NCBI GenBank assembly: GCA_963789905.1
Contig: CAWBMK010000007.1
Location: forward strand, 72,747-136,746
Length of the DNA: 64,000 nt
Reading direction: 5' to 3'
DNA from: an uncultured Chloroflexia bacterium
Lineage (GTDB): Bacteria > Chloroflexota > Limnocylindria > Limnocylindrales > CSP1-4
This document shows positions 53,109-64,000 of this stretch, piece after piece. Position numbers and translations under genes: made by a program. How positions within the stretch are numbered: position 1 is the first letter of the stretch; every line of letters begins with the position of its first letter. Below the pieces are notes generated by a model. It had not been told where the DNA came from, made no database searches, and worked only from the letters and a program-made list of their open reading frames with translations.

Positions 53109-54718
53109 TGCCGGCCCTCGGCTTCGATCAGCTCATCCGCAGCCGGCGGGCCCCAGGTGCCAGCCGCGTAGTTCGGGAAGACTGGTGGCTTGCCCTCGGC
53201 CCAGGCGTCGATGATCGGGCTGACGACCCGCCACGCTTCCTCGACTTCGTCGGCCCTGGTGAACAGCGAGGCGTCGCCAAGGAGCGCATCGAGGATGAGC
53301 GTCTCGTACGCCTCCGGCGCATCGACCGCGAACGACGAGCCGTACGTGAAGTCCATGTTCACTGCCCGGACGTCAAACCGTAGACCAGGGACCTTCGCCC
53401 CGAACCGCAAGAGGATCCCCTCGTCGGGCTGGATTCGGATCGCCAGGAGGTTGGCCTCGGGGTCGATCGATTCGTCGCGGAACAATCGGTGCGGGACCTC
53501 GCGGAAGCGGATCGCGATCTCCGTCGCCCGGCGAGGCATCCTCTTGCCGACGCGCAGGTAGAAGGGCACGCCCGACCAGCGCCAATCGTCGACGTGGAAC
53601 CGTGCGGCGACGAACGTCTCGGTCTCGGATTCGGGATGGACGTCGGGCTCCTCGCGGTAGCCAGGAACCTCGGTGGCGGCGACCCACCCTCGCCCGTACT
53701 GGCCGCGAACGATGTCGCGCGCGACGTCCCTGGGCGGGAGCGGCGCGATGGCCCGGACGACCTTGACCTTCTCATCGCGAAGGGCATCCGCGGAAAAGGA
53801 GGCCGGCGGTTCCATCGCCACGAGAGCGAGGAGTTGCATGAGGTGGTTCTGAAGGATGTCGCGCGAGGCTCCGGTCTCTTCGTAGAAGGCGGCGCGACCC
53901 TCGACACCGATCGACTCGGCCACCGTGATCTGGACATGGTCGACGTAGCGCCGGTTCCAGATCGGTTCGAAGATCCCGTTGGCAAAGCGGAAGACGAGGA
54001 GGTTGCGAACGGTCTCCTTGCCGAGGTAATGGTCGATCCGATAGACCTGCGCCTCACGGAAGACCCGCGCCACCTCGCGGTTGAGCCGTTTGGCCGTGTC
54101 CGTGTCCCGACCGAAGGGCTTCTCGATGACGACCCTCCGCCAGCCGCCGCCATGGATCTCGTGGTCCATGCCGCACCTACCGAGCTGGCCGATGACCACC
54201 GGAAAGGCCGATGGCTGGGTCGCCAGGTAATAGAGGTGGTCGCCGCGGGTCCCGTGCTCGCGATCGATATCGTCGAGGCGTGCTGCAAGACGATCGAAGG
54301 CGTCGTCGTCGGCGAAGTCGGCCTGGTGGTAGACGATCCGCTGGAGGAATTCGTCGAGGACGACCGGCTCCAGTACGACCCGACTGAACTGCTCGAGAGA
54401 CCCTCTCATCTCCGTTCGGAACTCATCGTCGCTGAAGGGCCGCCGACCGACCGCCACCACCATGAATTCATGGGGCAGGAGGTTCGAGCGCCACAGCTGG
54501 GCCAGAGCCGGGACGACTCGCCGATGGGCGAGATCGCCGGTCGCCCCGAAGAGGACGAAGATCGATGGGTCGGGGACTCGCTCGAGACGGAGCCCTTCTC
54601 GAAGGGGGTTGTCGAGCTTCTGGCGACTCCTCCGCGTTCGTCGGCCCGCCCGGGCGAGCCGAAGGTCGCGCATCGTGCGCGGCTGCTCCTTCGGTACCCG
54701 CGGCGAGGCGTTGGCCAT
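53093..54718 (-). CDS. zwf: Glucose-6-phosphate 1-dehydrogenase
   Basis: LFGATGDLA, DHYLGKE and RIDHYLGKETVRNLLVFRFANGIFEPIWN signatures. Confidence 0.9.
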   Translation of the reverse strand: MANASPRVPKEQPRTMRDLRLARAGRRTRRSRQKLDNPLREGLRLERVPDPSIFVLFGATGDLAHRRVVPALAQLWRSNLLPHEFMVVAVGRRPFSDDEFRTEMRGSLEQFSRVVLEPVVLDEFLQRIVYHQADFADDDAFDRLAARLDDIDREHGTRGDHLYYLATQPSAFPVVIGQLGRCGMDHEIHGGGWRRVVIEKPFGRDTDTAKRLNREVARVFREAQVYRIDHYLGKETVRNLLVFRFANGIFEPIWNRRYVDHVQITVAESIGVEGRAAFYEETGASRDILQNHLMQLLALVAMEPPASFSADALRDEKVKVVRAIAPLPPRDVARDIVRGQYGRGWVAATEVPGYREEPDVHPESETETFVAARFHVDDWRWSGVPFYLRVGKRMPRRATEIAIRFREVPHRLFRDESIDPEANLLAIRIQPDEGILLRFGAKVPGLRFDVRAVNMDFTYGSSFAVDAPEAYETLILDALLGDASLFTRADEVEEAWRVVSPIIDAWAEGKPPVFPNYAAGTWGPPAADELIEAEGRQWRRI

Positions 54719-54726
54719 GGCGCCGG

Positions 54727-56784
54727 TCAGTGACCCTGGGGCGGGGCGATCCGGCCGTGGAGACCGTCACGGACGACGCGGCGGCCGATCTCGGCCACGC
54801 GATCGATGGTGAACCCGAGCTCGGCGAAGATCGTGGCGGCCGGCGCCGAGGCCCCGAAGCGATCCAGCCCGATGATGGCCCCCTCGTCACCGACCCAGCG
54901 CTCCCAGCCCAGGTGGACGCCGGCCTCGACGCTGACGCGCTTGCGCACATTCGCCGGCAGGACGGTTTCGCGATACGCGTCATCCTGGGTCTCGAATCGC
55001 TCCCAACAGGGAAGGGAAACGACTCGCGTCGGGATGTCCCACGTCTCGAGGATGGTCGCGGCTTCATATGCCAGGTGAAGCTCGGAGCCTGTTCCGATGA
55101 GGATGAGCGCTGGCTCACCGCCCAATGCCTCAGTCGAGGCCGGCCGGATGACATAGCCACCACGCCTAACCCCGTCGGAGGCGAGCTCCGCCGTCCCCGG
55201 CAGGGTCGGCAGCTTCTGGCGCGTGAACGCCAATGCGACAGGTCCGCCGCGGCGACGCTCGATCGCCAACGCCCAGGCCGCGGTCGCCTCATTCGCGTCC
55301 CCCGGCCGGACGAACCACAGGTTGGGGATCGCGCGGAGCGCCGCGTAGTGCTCGACCGGCTGATGGGTCGGGCCGTCCTCGCCGAGGCCGATGGAGTCGT
55401 GGGTCCAGACGTAGATGACGTGGAGGCCGGAGAGAGCCGCCAGGCGAACCGAGCCGCGCATGTAGTCGCTGAAGTTGAGGAACGTCCCGGCGTACGGGAT
55501 GAAGGCGCCGTGGTAGGCGATGCCGTTGGCGACGCCACCCATGGCGTGCTCGCGGACGCCGAATCGGATATTGCGCCCGGCTTCGGCCGCGCTGAAGTCA
55601 CCGGCACCCTTGACATCGGTCAGGTTGGATTCGGACAGGTCGGCGGCTCCACCGAACAGCTCGGGTACCGGCTCGGCCAGCGCCGCGATCGCAGCCTGGG
55701 ACGCCTGCCTGGTCGCGAAGTCCTGGCCGACTGCATATGTGGGAAGGCCGACGTCCCAGTCGGCCCGGAGCGATCCATCGAGGCGGCGGCTGAGCTCCCG
55801 GGCGAGCTCGCGGTGATCGCGCTCGTAGTTCGCGAAGCGCAGCTCCCAGTCGGAATGGAGGGCCTCGCCATAGGGGATGGCCCGGGAGAAGACGGCCTCG
55901 ACCTCATCGGGGATGTAGAACGTCCGGTCCGGATCCCAGCCGTAGGCCTGCTTGGTGAGCCGCACCTCTTCCTCGCCGAGCGGTTGGCCGTGAGCCTTCT
56001 GGCTGTCCTGGCGGTTCGGGCTGCCGTATCCGATATGGGTCCTGACCGCGATGAGGGATGGTCGTTGGTCGCTCCGGGCGGCCCCGATCGCAGCATCGAT
56101 CGCATCGATGTCGTTGCCGTCGTCGACTCGCTGGGTGTGCCAGCCATAGGCGTCGAAGCGCCCGCCCACGTCTTCGCTCCAGGCCCACGACGTCGGTCCA
56201 TCGAGCTGGATGTGGTTGTCGTCGTAGAGGAAGATCAGCTTCCCCAGGCGGAGGTGGCCGGCGAGGCTGGCGGCTTCGGAGGCGATTCCCTCCTGGAGGT
56301 CGCCGTCGGAGCAGATGCCGTACGTCCGATGATCGACGATCGTGTGGCCGTCCCGATTGAACTCGGCCCCGAGGCGGTGCTCGGCGATGGCCATTCCGAC
56401 CGCGTTCGCGAACCCCTGGCCCAGCGGGCCGGTCGTCGCCTCGACGCCCGATGTCAGGCCGTACTCCGGGTGGCCTGGGGTCCGCGATCCCCATTGGCGG
56501 AAGCGCTCCAACTCCGAGAGCGGCAGGTCGTAGCCGGTCAGATGGAGGAGGGAGTAGAGGAGCATGCTGGCGTGGCCAGCCGAGAGGACGAATCGGTCGC
56601 GGTCCGGCCAGTCGGGCTGCGTCGGGGCGTGTCGGAGGTGCCGCGTCCAGAGCACATAGGCCATCGGGGCCGCGCCCATCGGGGCGCCGGGGTGGCCGGA
56701 ATTCGCCTTCTGGACCGCGTCCATCGACAAAGTCCGGATCGTGTCGATGGCAAGCCGGTCGAGCGTCTCGGCGTGGACGGTCAT
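54727..56784 (-). CDS. tkt: Transketolase
   Basis: [18 protein letters not shown]... TPP-binding motifs. Start at [11 protein letters not shown] (ATG 56782-56784); the 278 upstream codons of the listed ORF are a non-coding extension. Confidence 0.9.
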   Translation of the reverse strand: MTVHAETLDRLAIDTIRTLSMDAVQKANSGHPGAPMGAAPMAYVLWTRHLRHAPTQPDWPDRDRFVLSAGHASMLLYSLLHLTGYDLPLSELERFRQWGSRTPGHPEYGLTSGVEATTGPLGQGFANAVGMAIAEHRLGAEFNRDGHTIVDHRTYGICSDGDLQEGIASEAASLAGHLRLGKLIFLYDDNHIQLDGPTSWAWSEDVGGRFDAYGWHTQRVDDGNDIDAIDAAIGAARSDQRPSLIAVRTHIGYGSPNRQDSQKAHGQPLGEEEVRLTKQAYGWDPDRTFYIPDEVEAVFSRAIPYGEALHSDWELRFANYERDHRELARELSRRLDGSLRADWDVGLPTYAVGQDFATRQASQAAIAALAEPVPELFGGAADLSESNLTDVKGAGDFSAAEAGRNIRFGVREHAMGGVANGIAYHGAFIPYAGTFLNFSDYMRGSVRLAALSGLHVIYVWTHDSIGLGEDGPTHQPVEHYAALRAIPNLWFVRPGDANEATAAWALAIERRRGGPVALAFTRQKLPTLPGTAELASDGVRRGGYVIRPASTEALGGEPALILIGTGSELHLAYEAATILETWDIPTRVVSLPCWERFETQDDAYRETVLPANVRKRVSVEAGVHLGWERWVGDEGAIIGLDRFGASAPAATIFAELGFTIDRVAEIGRRVVRDGLHGRIAPPQGH

Positions 56785-56847
56785 CGGGCGCACCCTGCCT
56801 GGTTGCTCGTGGGAACGAGCCGATTGTAGGGCCGGTACCCTCCGAGC

Positions 56848-57801
56848 ATGACCAGCGCGCCGCGTCGGCCGCCCGCTCGCGCGCCTCGCGTCATGGTGGT
56901 CGGGGACCTCATCCTCGACGTCGTGCTGACACCCGACCGGCCGATCGAAACGGGCACCGACGTCCCCGGAAAGGTTGGCATCCGGCCTGGAGGCTCGGCC
57001 GCCAATACCGCCCGATGGCTTGCCCGACTGGGGGTCCGGACGCAGCTCGTCTGCTCGGTCGGCCGCGACGGGGCGGGCCGTGCGCTCGTCGAGCACATGC
57101 GCGCCGACAGGGTCGTCGTCCGGGCCAGTCGTGTAGTCGGCCAGCGGACCGGTCGCATCGGCGTTCTCGTCGGCCCCGGCGGCGAACGGTCCTTCGTGGC
57201 CGACCGGCGAGCGGCCGATGGGCTTCGGCCGAGCGATCTCAAGGACGGCTGGTTCGATCGTCTCGACCTCCTCCATATGCCGGCCTATTCGCTGCTCGGC
57301 GAGCCGCTCGGAGAGGCCGGCCGACGAGCCGTCGAGATGGCCCGAGCGCGCCTCGCCCTCGTATCGATCGACCTTGCGTCGGTCGGTCCCCTCCTGGCCC
57401 ACGGTCGGCGAGCCGCTCGCGAGCTCATCGGGAGCGTCCATCCCGACATCCTGTTCTCGACCGAGCGCGAGGCCGAGGCATTCCTCGGCCGGTACGCGGT
57501 CGAGGGGATGACCGAGTTCGCGGGGATCGTCGTCGTCAAGCAAGGTGGGCGCGGCGCCACCGTCCTCGCCCGCGACGCTGGTTCGGGTCCGCTGCGATTC
57601 GAGATCGCCACGCCCCATGTCATCGCTGCCGACACGACCGGGGCCGGCGATGCCTTCGATGCCGGTTTCCTCGCCGTCTGGCTGGCGTCACGGGGGGCCG
57701 GTCGACCGATCGCGATCTCGCTCCATCGCGCAACGCTGGCCGGTCATCGAGCCGCGGCGCGCCACCTCAGCGGTTCACGCCCGGAGCTGCCGCCCGGTTG
57801 A
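56848..57801 (+). CDS. PfkB-family carbohydrate kinase (ribokinase-like)
   Basis: GGSAANTA and [14 protein letters not shown] motifs. Confidence 0.8.
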   Translation: MTSAPRRPPARAPRVMVVGDLILDVVLTPDRPIETGTDVPGKVGIRPGGSAANTARWLARLGVRTQLVCSVGRDGAGRALVEHMRADRVVVRASRVVGQRTGRIGVLVGPGGERSFVADRRAADGLRPSDLKDGWFDRLDLLHMPAYSLLGEPLGEAGRRAVEMARARLALVSIDLASVGPLLAHGRRAARELIGSVHPDILFSTEREAEAFLGRYAVEGMTEFAGIVVVKQGGRGATVLARDAGSGPLRFEIATPHVIAADTTGAGDAFDAGFLAVWLASRGAGRPIAISLHRATLAGHRAAARHLSGSRPELPPG

Positions 57802-57838
57802 TCGCGCGCGACAAGGGCATCGCCCACGGGAGTCGAGA

Positions 57839-59935
57839 CTAGCCCGTCTCCGGAGGCTCCGGCTCGGTCGCTGTCTCCGGTTTGAGGAAGCGGTCGAACC
57901 AGTCGAGCATCCGCGTCATCCGGTCGATGCGGCGGTCCGGTCGGCCCGTCGTCGCGTAGACGTGGTACTCGTCCGGGTAGAGGATCATCTCGACCTCCTT
58001 TCGACGCAGCCGGAGGGCGGTGAAGAGCTGCTCGTTGTCGGCTCGGGGGCATTGCTCGTCGGCATCGGCCTGGAACATCAACAGTGGTGTCTCGATGCTG
58101 TTGATGTGGCGCAGCGGCGACTGGCCCCACAGCTTGAAGACCCCCTCCGGGCTGAACGGGTCGCCGAGGAGGGACGTCCGGCAGTATTCCGGCCCGGTGT
58201 CCGAGTTTGCCCAGGCACTGATCTGGTTGGCGACGCCGTTCTCGGACACCGCCGCCCCGAAACGGGTGGACGTCCCGATGAGCCAGTGGACCATGAACCC
58301 GCCGTACGAGAGACCAAGAACGCCGACGCGATCGGGATCGACGAGACCGAGGCTGATCGCATGGTCGAGCGCAACGTGGACGTCCGCGGCGTCAACGCCA
58401 CCCCAGTCGCCGAGCTGCGGGCGGATCCACTCCGCGCCGTAAGTCTGCGAGCCGCGAATGTTCGGAAGCAGGACCCGATAGCCGCGCGCACACAGGAGAG
58501 CCACCTCGAGCGACGGCGTAGGCGCCCAGGCGCCGAGCGGGCCGCCGTGGATGTCGATGACGGTCGGGAGAGCCTCGCCACCGGCTCCGTCCGGGGAGGC
58601 GATCCATGTCTCGATCGGGCCGCCGGGTCCGTGCGCCTCGACGAGCCGCATCGACGGCCATGCGTAGCGGTGCTGCCAGCGCGAGCCGATCGGCGCCGGC
58701 GTGTCGAAGACCCCGTCCCGGATGACCATGAGGTCCTGAGCCCGCGTCCCGAGCGTTCCGGTCACCGTCACGAGCGGGCCATCGGGCGCACGCCGGGCGA
58801 CCGCCAGCGTCCAGCATGCGGCATCGGCCTTGACGAGTCGCTCGGGGTCTCCGCCGTGCCCACCTGACTCGGTGTCGACTGGAAAGCGCCATGGCACGAC
58901 CCGGCCGCGATTCGAGACGAGGGCGACGATCGTCCGTTCGTCTGCCCAGACGGGGCGCCGCGTACCGGAGTTGATCCAGCCGTTGAGATCGGTGTCCGCC
59001 CAGGGACCGATCGGTCGATCAAGGTCGGGCGCAAGGGCTCGCGCCTGGTCCGAACCATCGGCTGGGCCGATCACGACGCCCGGGCTCACGTCGTCCAGAG
59101 CGTTCGCGTCCAGGATGCCGACGCCCGCCAGCCAGCGCCCGTCCGGTGAGAAGGCAGGCGCCCCGACGCTGCCGCCCAGCGCCATGATCTCGCGCGGCTC
59201 ACCGCCAGCCGCGGGCACGGCCCAGATGGTCGTTCTGGGCCTCAGGTCCGCCTCTGGTCCTAGGTCAGCGACGAAGGCGATCTCGGAGCCATCCGGCCGC
59301 CAGGCAAGCTCCGACACGCCAAAGTCGCCGAACGTCAGGCGGGTGACGCGTCCCTTGCGCGTTGCGTCGGCGATGTATAGGTGCTCCCACGCATCGACCG
59401 GGCCATGGTCGTCGTAGCGCCAGTCGATCCTTCGGATGCGTCGGCCGAGAGGCTCCTCCTCGTCGTTGTATCTGCCGATGATGAACCTGAGCTCCTCGGC
59501 CTCGGCCGTATACGCGATCGATCGACCGTCGGGCGCCCAGGCGTATTCGGTGACGTATGCGTCGGATGGTGTGATCGGCCGGGCGGACGATCTCTTCCCG
59601 TCGAGCTTCACGACCATGAGCCGCCTGATGTGATCGACACCGGCGGCTTCGGACTCACTCAGCGGACGGATTCGCCGCCCGAACGCGATCCGACCGCCGT
59701 CTGGCGAGAAGCGCGGACTCGTGTCGCGGACATCGCCGCTCGTCAGCCGCCGCGGCTCGCCGCCATCGTGCTCGAGCGGCACGAGCCATAGGTGCGAAAC
59801 GTAGTGGTTCCCGCGGACTCGCCGACGAACGACGACGGCCATGCTGCCGTCGGGCGCGACGTCGTGCTCCTCGACGACGATCTGGCGCCGGATCACCTCC
59901 GGGTCGAGTATGCGTTCGGTGGACGACGCTGACAC
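57839..59935 (-). CDS. S9 family peptidase (beta-propeller + prolyl-oligopeptidase/acylaminoacyl-peptidase catalytic domain)
   Basis: GLSYGGFM nucleophile elbow, catalytic D/H downstream, N-terminal SPDG propeller repeats. Start tentatively at the GTG at 59933-59935. Confidence 0.75.
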   Translation of the reverse strand: MSASSTERILDPEVIRRQIVVEEHDVAPDGSMAVVVRRRVRGNHYVSHLWLVPLEHDGGEPRRLTSGDVRDTSPRFSPDGGRIAFGRRIRPLSESEAAGVDHIRRLMVVKLDGKRSSARPITPSDAYVTEYAWAPDGRSIAYTAEAEELRFIIGRYNDEEEPLGRRIRRIDWRYDDHGPVDAWEHLYIADATRKGRVTRLTFGDFGVSELAWRPDGSEIAFVADLGPEADLRPRTTIWAVPAAGGEPREIMALGGSVGAPAFSPDGRWLAGVGILDANALDDVSPGVVIGPADGSDQARALAPDLDRPIGPWADTDLNGWINSGTRRPVWADERTIVALVSNRGRVVPWRFPVDTESGGHGGDPERLVKADAACWTLAVARRAPDGPLVTVTGTLGTRAQDLMVIRDGVFDTPAPIGSRWQHRYAWPSMRLVEAHGPGGPIETWIASPDGAGGEALPTVIDIHGGPLGAWAPTPSLEVALLCARGYRVLLPNIRGSQTYGAEWIRPQLGDWGGVDAADVHVALDHAISLGLVDPDRVGVLGLSYGGFMVHWLIGTSTRFGAAVSENGVANQISAWANSDTGPEYCRTSLLGDPFSPEGVFKLWGQSPLRHINSIETPLLMFQADADEQCPRADNEQLFTALRLRRKEVEMILYPDEYHVYATTGRPDRRIDRMTRMLDWFDRFLKPETATEPEPPETG

Positions 59936-59980
59936 GGGCGGCAGCGTAGCGGACGGCTCGGCGCTGGACGGCGGTACGCT

Positions 59981-60922
59981 GTGGCCATGGTCAGTGACCG
60001 AATCGTCATCGCGCCTGAGGCTTCCGAGGCGCTGGCCGCCGGCGGCGCCGTCGTCGCACTTGAATCGACTCTGATCAGCCACGGCCTGCCGTATCCGCAG
60101 AACCTTGAGGTGGCGGAAGCATCCGAGGCCGCCGTTCGCGAATCCGGCGCCGTCCCCGTGACTGTGGCCATCCGCGATGGGCGCATCCTCGTCGGCCTCG
60201 ATCGCGCCAGCCTCGAGGCGCTGGCGACGGCGCCGGCTGGTTCGGTGCGGAAGGCGTCCCGGCCGTCACTGGCGGCCGCCCTGATGTCGGCGGGTTGGGC
60301 GGCGACCACGTCATCGGCCACGTCGATCGCCGCGCACGCTGCTGGCATCCGCTTCTTCTCCACCGGGGGCATCGGCGGCGTCCACCGAGGCGCGATCGGA
60401 GGTCCGCACCCGACGCTCGATGTGTCCTCGGATCTCGAAGAGCTCGCCCGGACGCCGATAGCGGTCGTCTGCGCCGGGCCGAAGGCCATCCTCGATATCC
60501 CCGCCACGCTCGAGTACCTCGAGACACGAGGCGTCCCCGTGGTGGCCGTCGGCCAGGACGACCTGCCCGGCTTCTACGCTCAGTCGGCCGGAGTCCGAGC
60601 GCCGGCAAGCGTGCCGGATGAGGCGAGCGCTGCGGCGATGATCGAAGCGCACCTCGGGTTGGGGCTCGGCAGCGGGATCGTGATCTGTGTACCGGTTCCC
60701 GTGACGGCTGCCCTTCCCGCGGATGTGGCGGCCGGCGCCGTCGGGCGCGCGATCGCCGATGCCGAGGCAGAAGGGATCGCCGGGCCAGCTCTCACGCCGT
60801 GGCTGCTCGGCCGCATCGCCGCCTTGACGGATGGCGCATCTGTCCGGGCCAATACGGCCCTGATTGTCAACGACGCCCGGGTTGCCGGTCGTCTCGCGGT
60901 GAGGGTGTCCGCGCACCACTAG
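59981..60922 (+). CDS. psuG: Pseudouridine-5'-phosphate glycosidase
   Basis: LESTLISHGLPYPQN...TGGIGGVHRG; the indigoidine synthase A-like family matches across its full length. Confidence 0.8.
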   Translation: MAMVSDRIVIAPEASEALAAGGAVVALESTLISHGLPYPQNLEVAEASEAAVRESGAVPVTVAIRDGRILVGLDRASLEALATAPAGSVRKASRPSLAAALMSAGWAATTSSATSIAAHAAGIRFFSTGGIGGVHRGAIGGPHPTLDVSSDLEELARTPIAVVCAGPKAILDIPATLEYLETRGVPVVAVGQDDLPGFYAQSAGVRAPASVPDEASAAAMIEAHLGLGLGSGIVICVPVPVTAALPADVAAGAVGRAIADAEAEGIAGPALTPWLLGRIAALTDGASVRANTALIVNDARVAGRLAVRVSAHH

Positions 60923-61007
60923 TCGGCGCCAGCCGCTCATTCATCTTGCTGGGGCGGGGGGCCGTCTGTACACTCGGCCCGGAGGCAGGCTCGGGGAATG
61001 GAGGCTC

Positions 61008-61544
61008 ATGCGGATCTACGACGGAGCGCCGCGACAGGACTTCGAAGAAGTCTTTCGCTCGATGGGAGCGTTCCTCGATCAGCGCGGCATGCGCGAGATC
61101 CTGCTGGTCGAGGCGCCAGATGGCTTCATGATCCAAGGCCTTGTCGTGTCGGCGAACACAGGCGCCTGGTCCGACTCGCTCGGCCAGCTCATCAAGGAGA
61201 CCCTCGCCTTCCAGGACGACGACATCGTCCGCTTCATGGACGAAGCGCGATCGCGCCGGTCGGGCCTCGGTCCCGCAGGCCTCGCACCGCCGCCGGGCCA
61301 GGCCGGCTACTACGAGAAAGCGTTCCGCGTCATCGGCCGCTACCTCGATGAACAGAAGCCGCGCGACGTCTTCTTCTTCGAGCAGGATGGGGCGTTTGTG
61401 GTGCGAATGCTCTCCATGACGCAAACTGGGTCCAATCACGTCCTTGCAGAGTTCACTCGCGAGGACATCGAGGTCATGATCGCTGAGGGCCCCCGACTCA
61501 GGGCTCCGGAGCGGCCGGCCGGGACGGCCGCCGCGAAGAGCTGA
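61008..61544 (+). CDS. Hypothetical protein
   Basis: 178-aa ORF with coding-like codon usage and an ATG start. No known motif. Confidence 0.4.
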   Translation: MRIYDGAPRQDFEEVFRSMGAFLDQRGMREILLVEAPDGFMIQGLVVSANTGAWSDSLGQLIKETLAFQDDDIVRFMDEARSRRSGLGPAGLAPPPGQAGYYEKAFRVIGRYLDEQKPRDVFFFEQDGAFVVRMLSMTQTGSNHVLAEFTREDIEVMIAEGPRLRAPERPAGTAAAKS

Positions 61545-61587
61545 GGTCAGGGTCCAAGGCGGCGCAGCACATGTACGAGGTGGTTCT

Positions 61588-61743
61588 ATGAAGGCAATCG
61601 CAGTCGCGTTGGGCATCACCCTCGGCGCACTCATCGTCATCCCCCTTGCGGTCCTGGCGGGCCTGTTCATCTGGCTCAAGGTGACCGAAGAGGCGGACGA
61701 AGAGGCGCTGGAGCTCGAGATGGAGGCGGAAACCGCCGTCTGA
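61588..61743 (+). CDS. Small single-pass membrane protein (51 aa), absent from the ORF table
   Basis: GAGGTGG RBS 6 nt upstream of ATG 61588. MKAIAVALGITLGALIVIPLAVLAGLFIWLK followed by an acidic tail. Confidence 0.35.
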   Translation: MKAIAVALGITLGALIVIPLAVLAGLFIWLKVTEEADEEALELEMEAETAV

Positions 61744-61817
61744 CCCCCGCTTCAATCACGAAATTCCGACGCCCGGCCGCCATGGGCGCGCCGGGCGTCA
61801 CCACGTCCTGAGGCAGC

Positions 61818-62765
61818 GTGCCAGGGATCCGTCAGAACCTGCTCCGATGGTCGCGCGATACGCGGGTGGCCGAAGCCCTCGTCATCGGCGTCATGCTGGC
61901 CTGGGCCGGCAACTTCATCGTCGTTAAAGCCGCTGTCGGGGTCGTTCCGCCGATCACATTCGCCCTTGTCCGATTCTCCCTAGCGGCCATCGCCCTCATG
62001 CTTCTGACCCGCTGGCAGGAGCGGAGTGTGGCCCTGCCGAGGCGGGACCTGCTGCCGATCGCGGTCCTCGGCTTTCTCGGCTTCGGTCTGTATCAAATGC
62101 TCTGGCCCACCGCACTGACCCTCATCCCCGCCGGCGACGCGGCGATCCTGGGTTCCGTCACGCCAATGCTGACAGCATTCCTCGCGGTCGCCGCGGGCTC
62201 CGACACGCTGTCGGCGTCCAAGCTCGCCGGAGGTGGATTGGCGCTCATCGGCGTGGTTCTCGTGATCGCCGCTGGCTCCGGGTTGACCCTCGGCTCATCG
62301 GTCGTCGGCGACCTGCTGATCCTCGCCTCGGCGACCTGCTGGGCCGTCTACGCCGCCTTCGGTGCGCCGTTTCTGCGTCGCCACTCGCCCCTTCGCACGA
62401 CTGCGTGGGCGATGACGTTTGGGGCGATCGCGCTCATCCCTCTTGGGCTGTTCCAGGCACAGGACCTCGACACGGCCGTGCTCGGCGTCGGGATCGTCGC
62501 CGCCCTCGCCTATTCGGGGATCCTGTCGGCGGGGATCGCCAACGTCGTCGTCCTCAACGGCGTCCGTCTCCTCGGGCCGACGCGGATCACGGGCTTCCAG
62601 TACATCATCCCGTTCGCCGCGGTCGTCCTCGCCTACATCTTCCTCGGCGAGCCGATCCGACCGGCCCAGCTCGTGGGCGGCCTCGTCATCGTCTCGGGCA
62701 TCCTCATCGCCCGGCGTGAGGTTCTCGTACCCGGCCGTGTTCGCCGCTTCCTGACAACGTCGTAG
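61818..62765 (+). CDS. EamA/DMT-family transporter
   Basis: 10 TM helices with two EamA repeats. Confidence 0.65.
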   Translation: MPGIRQNLLRWSRDTRVAEALVIGVMLAWAGNFIVVKAAVGVVPPITFALVRFSLAAIALMLLTRWQERSVALPRRDLLPIAVLGFLGFGLYQMLWPTALTLIPAGDAAILGSVTPMLTAFLAVAAGSDTLSASKLAGGGLALIGVVLVIAAGSGLTLGSSVVGDLLILASATCWAVYAAFGAPFLRRHSPLRTTAWAMTFGAIALIPLGLFQAQDLDTAVLGVGIVAALAYSGILSAGIANVVVLNGVRLLGPTRITGFQYIIPFAAVVLAYIFLGEPIRPAQLVGGLVIVSGILIARREVLVPGRVRRFLTTS

Positions 62766-62880
62766 CGCAGTCCGTCCGGATAGCGCGGGGCTCGCCCTGA
62801 CGAGGGGCGTGGTCGCGGGCCCGGAGGTTGCCCATCGGCCCGCTTTCCGATAGCATTCGAAAAACCCCCGGAGGACCTGA

Positions 62881-64000
<1,120 letters not shown>

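Noticed and set aside
56785-57618. N-terminal 278-codon extension of the transketolase ORF (and similar extensions on the metH, kynU, methyltransferase and fdhD ORFs)
   Set aside because: The extensions lack conservation signatures and are Arg/Gly-rich. They overlap the convergent PfkB kinase gene. A conserved family N-terminus with an in-frame ATG is present internally.
56848-60922. PfkB kinase + PsuG as a pseudouridine catabolic operon
   Set aside because: The two genes are separated by an oppositely oriented S9 peptidase gene, so they are not an operon. The kinase specificity (pseudouridine vs other sugars) cannot be assigned from sequence alone.

Overview
High-GC (about 70%) actinobacterial-type chromosomal segment, gene-dense on both strands. 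I see no rRNA, CRISPR array or transposase.

Most of it is housekeeping or metabolic:
- metH, a tkt-zwf-opcA pentose-phosphate cluster, citrate synthase and pyrG (3' partial).
- Tryptophanase and kynureninase.
- A TetR-regulated cluster of membrane-protein genes.
- An SbcCD-like nuclease/ATPase pair.
- A NarL-type two-component system.
- Several alpha/beta hydrolases and methyltransferases.

The standout is a selenium-utilisation / formate-dehydrogenase island at about 20.2-40.5 kb:
- A selenocysteine-containing (in-frame UGA plus SECIS-like hairpin) NAD-type formate dehydrogenase. Its alpha subunit is encoded as two separate, order-permuted genes flanking a NuoE-NuoF fusion gene and a low-GC membrane-protein gene.
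- fdhD.
- selD, whose stop overlaps the start of a large adenylate-cyclase/ATPase/TPR regulator.
- A tRNA-Sec gene (selC).
- A Phd/RelE toxin-antitoxin pair.
- A translationally coupled selA-selB-mobA-aminotransferase-MBL hydrolase operon.

The ORF-track coordinates were used as given. Where a start is stated inside a listed ORF, it was chosen by homology-based N-terminus reasoning and by stop/start overlaps read directly from the sequence.
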